Source of the DNA: an uncultured cyanobacterium
Lineage (GTDB): Bacteria; Cyanobacteriota; Cyanobacteriia; Cyanobacteriales; CAWCAG01
Length of the DNA: 64,000 bases
Assembly: GCA_963793425.1 (NCBI GenBank)
Contig: CAWCAG010000001.1
Span: 366,231-430,230 of the forward strand
Direction of reading: 5' to 3'
Part shown: in pieces, positions 62,114-64,000 of the stretch
Position numbering within the stretch: position 1 is the first letter of the stretch
Layout: every line of letters begins with the position of its first letter
Notes under the pieces: generated by a model
What the model saw: only the letters and a program-made list of their open reading frames with translations
The model's database searches: none
Told to the model about the DNA's origin: nothing
Program-made: the position numbers and the translations under genes

Positions 62114-64000
62114 ATACGTTGCAACTCTCTTAAAGCTATTGGGTATCAAGATAATACTAAGGTTTCAATCCCTAATAGGGATTATTATACGTTGCAACTA
62201 TATCCTGCTTTCTCTAGCTCCTTTATTCCGTTTGTTTCAATCCCTAATAGGGATTATTATACGTTGCAACACAGGGTAAATATAATGTTCCTTATGGCAA
62301 TTACAAGTTTCAATCCCTAATAGGGATTATTATACGTTGCAACCCCATTGCGATTCCAAAGGCACCATCAGCAGAGGGGGGTTTCAATCCCTAATAGGGA
62401 TTATTATACGTTGCAACCGGCAAGAATGATGATGCAAGCCAGTCCTATTATTGTTTCAATCCCTAATAGGGATTATTATACGTTGCAACATGCAATCAGA
62501 TCAAGGAGCAATCGAAGATTTGTTTCAATCCCTAATAGGGATTATTATACGTTGCAACAGTTCTCGATGGTAATAAATAGTAGTAAAATCTGAGTTTCAA
62601 TCCCTAATAGGGATTATTATACGTTGCAACAGTGTGTTAATCCACTGGATAAAAGCAAAGTCAGGCATGTTTCAATCCCTAATAGGGATTATTATACGTT
62701 GCAACCGTGGACTTTGTTGATAAGTCTCGCCAGCATTCTGTTTCAATCCCTAATAGGGATTATTATACGTTGCAACATCGGTTGCTTATCAGGCCAGAAC
62801 GGAAACAACACCGTTTCAATCCCTAATAGGGATTATTATACGTTGCAACAAGGCTCGAACCACCTAAAGTTCTTTTTATAAAGAGTTTCAATCCCTAATA
62901 GGGATTATTATACGTTGCAACCATAATTACATGAAAGGTTAGTACTCCTTGTGAGCTTTTAGTTTCAATCCCTAATAGGGATTATTATACGTTGCAACTT
63001 GAGCTAATGCAATCTTTGATAGTATCATTGTCAAGTGCGTTTCAATCCCTAATAGGGATTATTATACGTTGCAACAAAATAACAATGTTTGCACATCACT
63101 AGCAAGAATCTCGGTTTCAATCCCTAATAGGGATTATTATACGTTGCAACTCTCATAGAAGAAACAAAAGTCAAAATAAGCATTCAAGTTTCAATCCCTA
63201 ATAGGGATTATTATACGTTGCAACCCTTTCTTCTTTTTGTTCTAAATCGAAGCAGGTAAGTTTCAATCCCTAATAGGGATTATTATACGTTGCAACAAGG
63301 ATACTAGCCACGCTGATTGGCTCTTCTCCTATTTCGTTTCAATCCCTAATAGGGATTATTATACGTTGCAACTAAAACTTAATCTGGAGTTCTCCTGTTA
63401 GTCCGGTTTCAATCCCTAATAGGGATTATTATACGTTGCAACGCTCCGCTTCAATAAATTCTTCAACAAAAGGAATCAAAGTTTCAATCCCTAATAGGGA
63501 TTATTATACGTTGCAACTTTTAACGGTGTGCCACTTAATAACCAAGTACCGAGTTTCAATCCCTAATAGGGATTATTATACGTTGCAACGATTATCGGTA
63601 GACGCGATCGCGTTAATTGTCAAGATGTTTCAATCCCTAATAGGGATTATTATACGTTGCAACGCGGTAATAAGGCTAAACAGCTATGTGATGAGCGTGG
63701 CTGTGTTTCAATCCCTAATAGGGATTATTATACGTTGCAACGAGAAATGCCAGCACGTTATTATGACGGCTTTAGTCTAGTTTCAATCCCTAATAGGGAT
63801 TATTATACGTTGCAACGCAGAAATGACAATCGCCATCTTAAAAGGTATAGCAGTCAGGTTTCAATCCCTAATAGGGATTATTATACGTTGCAACATAAGG
63901 CAGCTACAGCAGCAAGGAGAAATTGAATACCAACGTTTCAATCCCTAATAGGGATTATTATACGTTGCAACGCCCATTGCATCCCTATGTTGTCAGTTAT
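62114..64000 (-). CRISPR. CRISPR array: 25 identical 37-bp repeats plus one degenerate terminal remnant, spacers about 32-41 bp, continuing past the right edge; repeat resembles cyanobacterial type I-D-like repeats
   Basis: Plus-strand repeat GTTTCAATCCCTAATAGGGATTATTATACGTTGCAAC from 62162 to 63971; partial ATACGTTGCAAC at 62114-62125. On the minus strand the repeat ends in ATTGAAAC. Confidence 0.98.

Noticed and set aside
62022..63926. ORFs with repeated VSIPNRDYYTLQ / FQSLIGIIIRCN
   Set aside because: Translations of the CRISPR repeat, not genes.
62126..64000. Self-targeting spacers within the window
   Set aside because: No match noticed by eye; cannot be excluded without alignment.

Overview
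Chromosomal window from an AT-rich cyanobacterium: HIP1 octamers (GCGATCGC), psbA, cpcG, cpcS, nblA and ccmS are all present. Most of it is housekeeping genes (asnS, aspA, trpD, moaE, dapB, futBC, rnz, metK, trmB) separated by short heptamer tandem repeats and REP-like hairpins. Several accessory islands interrupt this. (i) At 1-9.3 kb there is a cluster of paralogous secreted DUF11-like surface proteins around a TPS/haemagglutinin-CHAT protease gene. (ii) At 21.4-27.5 kb there is a tight three-gene operon: a triplicated winged-helix RcaD-like protein, a P-loop ATPase, and a fusion of a DnaQ-type exonuclease, an Fe-S PD-(D/E)XK nuclease and an FtsK motor. This is the best candidate for an uncharacterised DNA-processing or defence system. 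(iii) At 36.5-40.7 kb there is a standalone 1393-aa NACHT/STAND-HEAT protein with a C-terminal restriction-endonuclease-like domain. (iv) At 57.5-62 kb there is a zone of gene decay with NACHT-HEAT, XisI and DUF928 fragments, a ~214-bp MITE-like element, an IS200/IS605-like end and a toxin-antitoxin pair. (v) A CRISPR array (25 identical 37-bp repeats) runs off the right edge, with no cas genes in the window. All assignments come from motif recognition by eye; no database searches were run.
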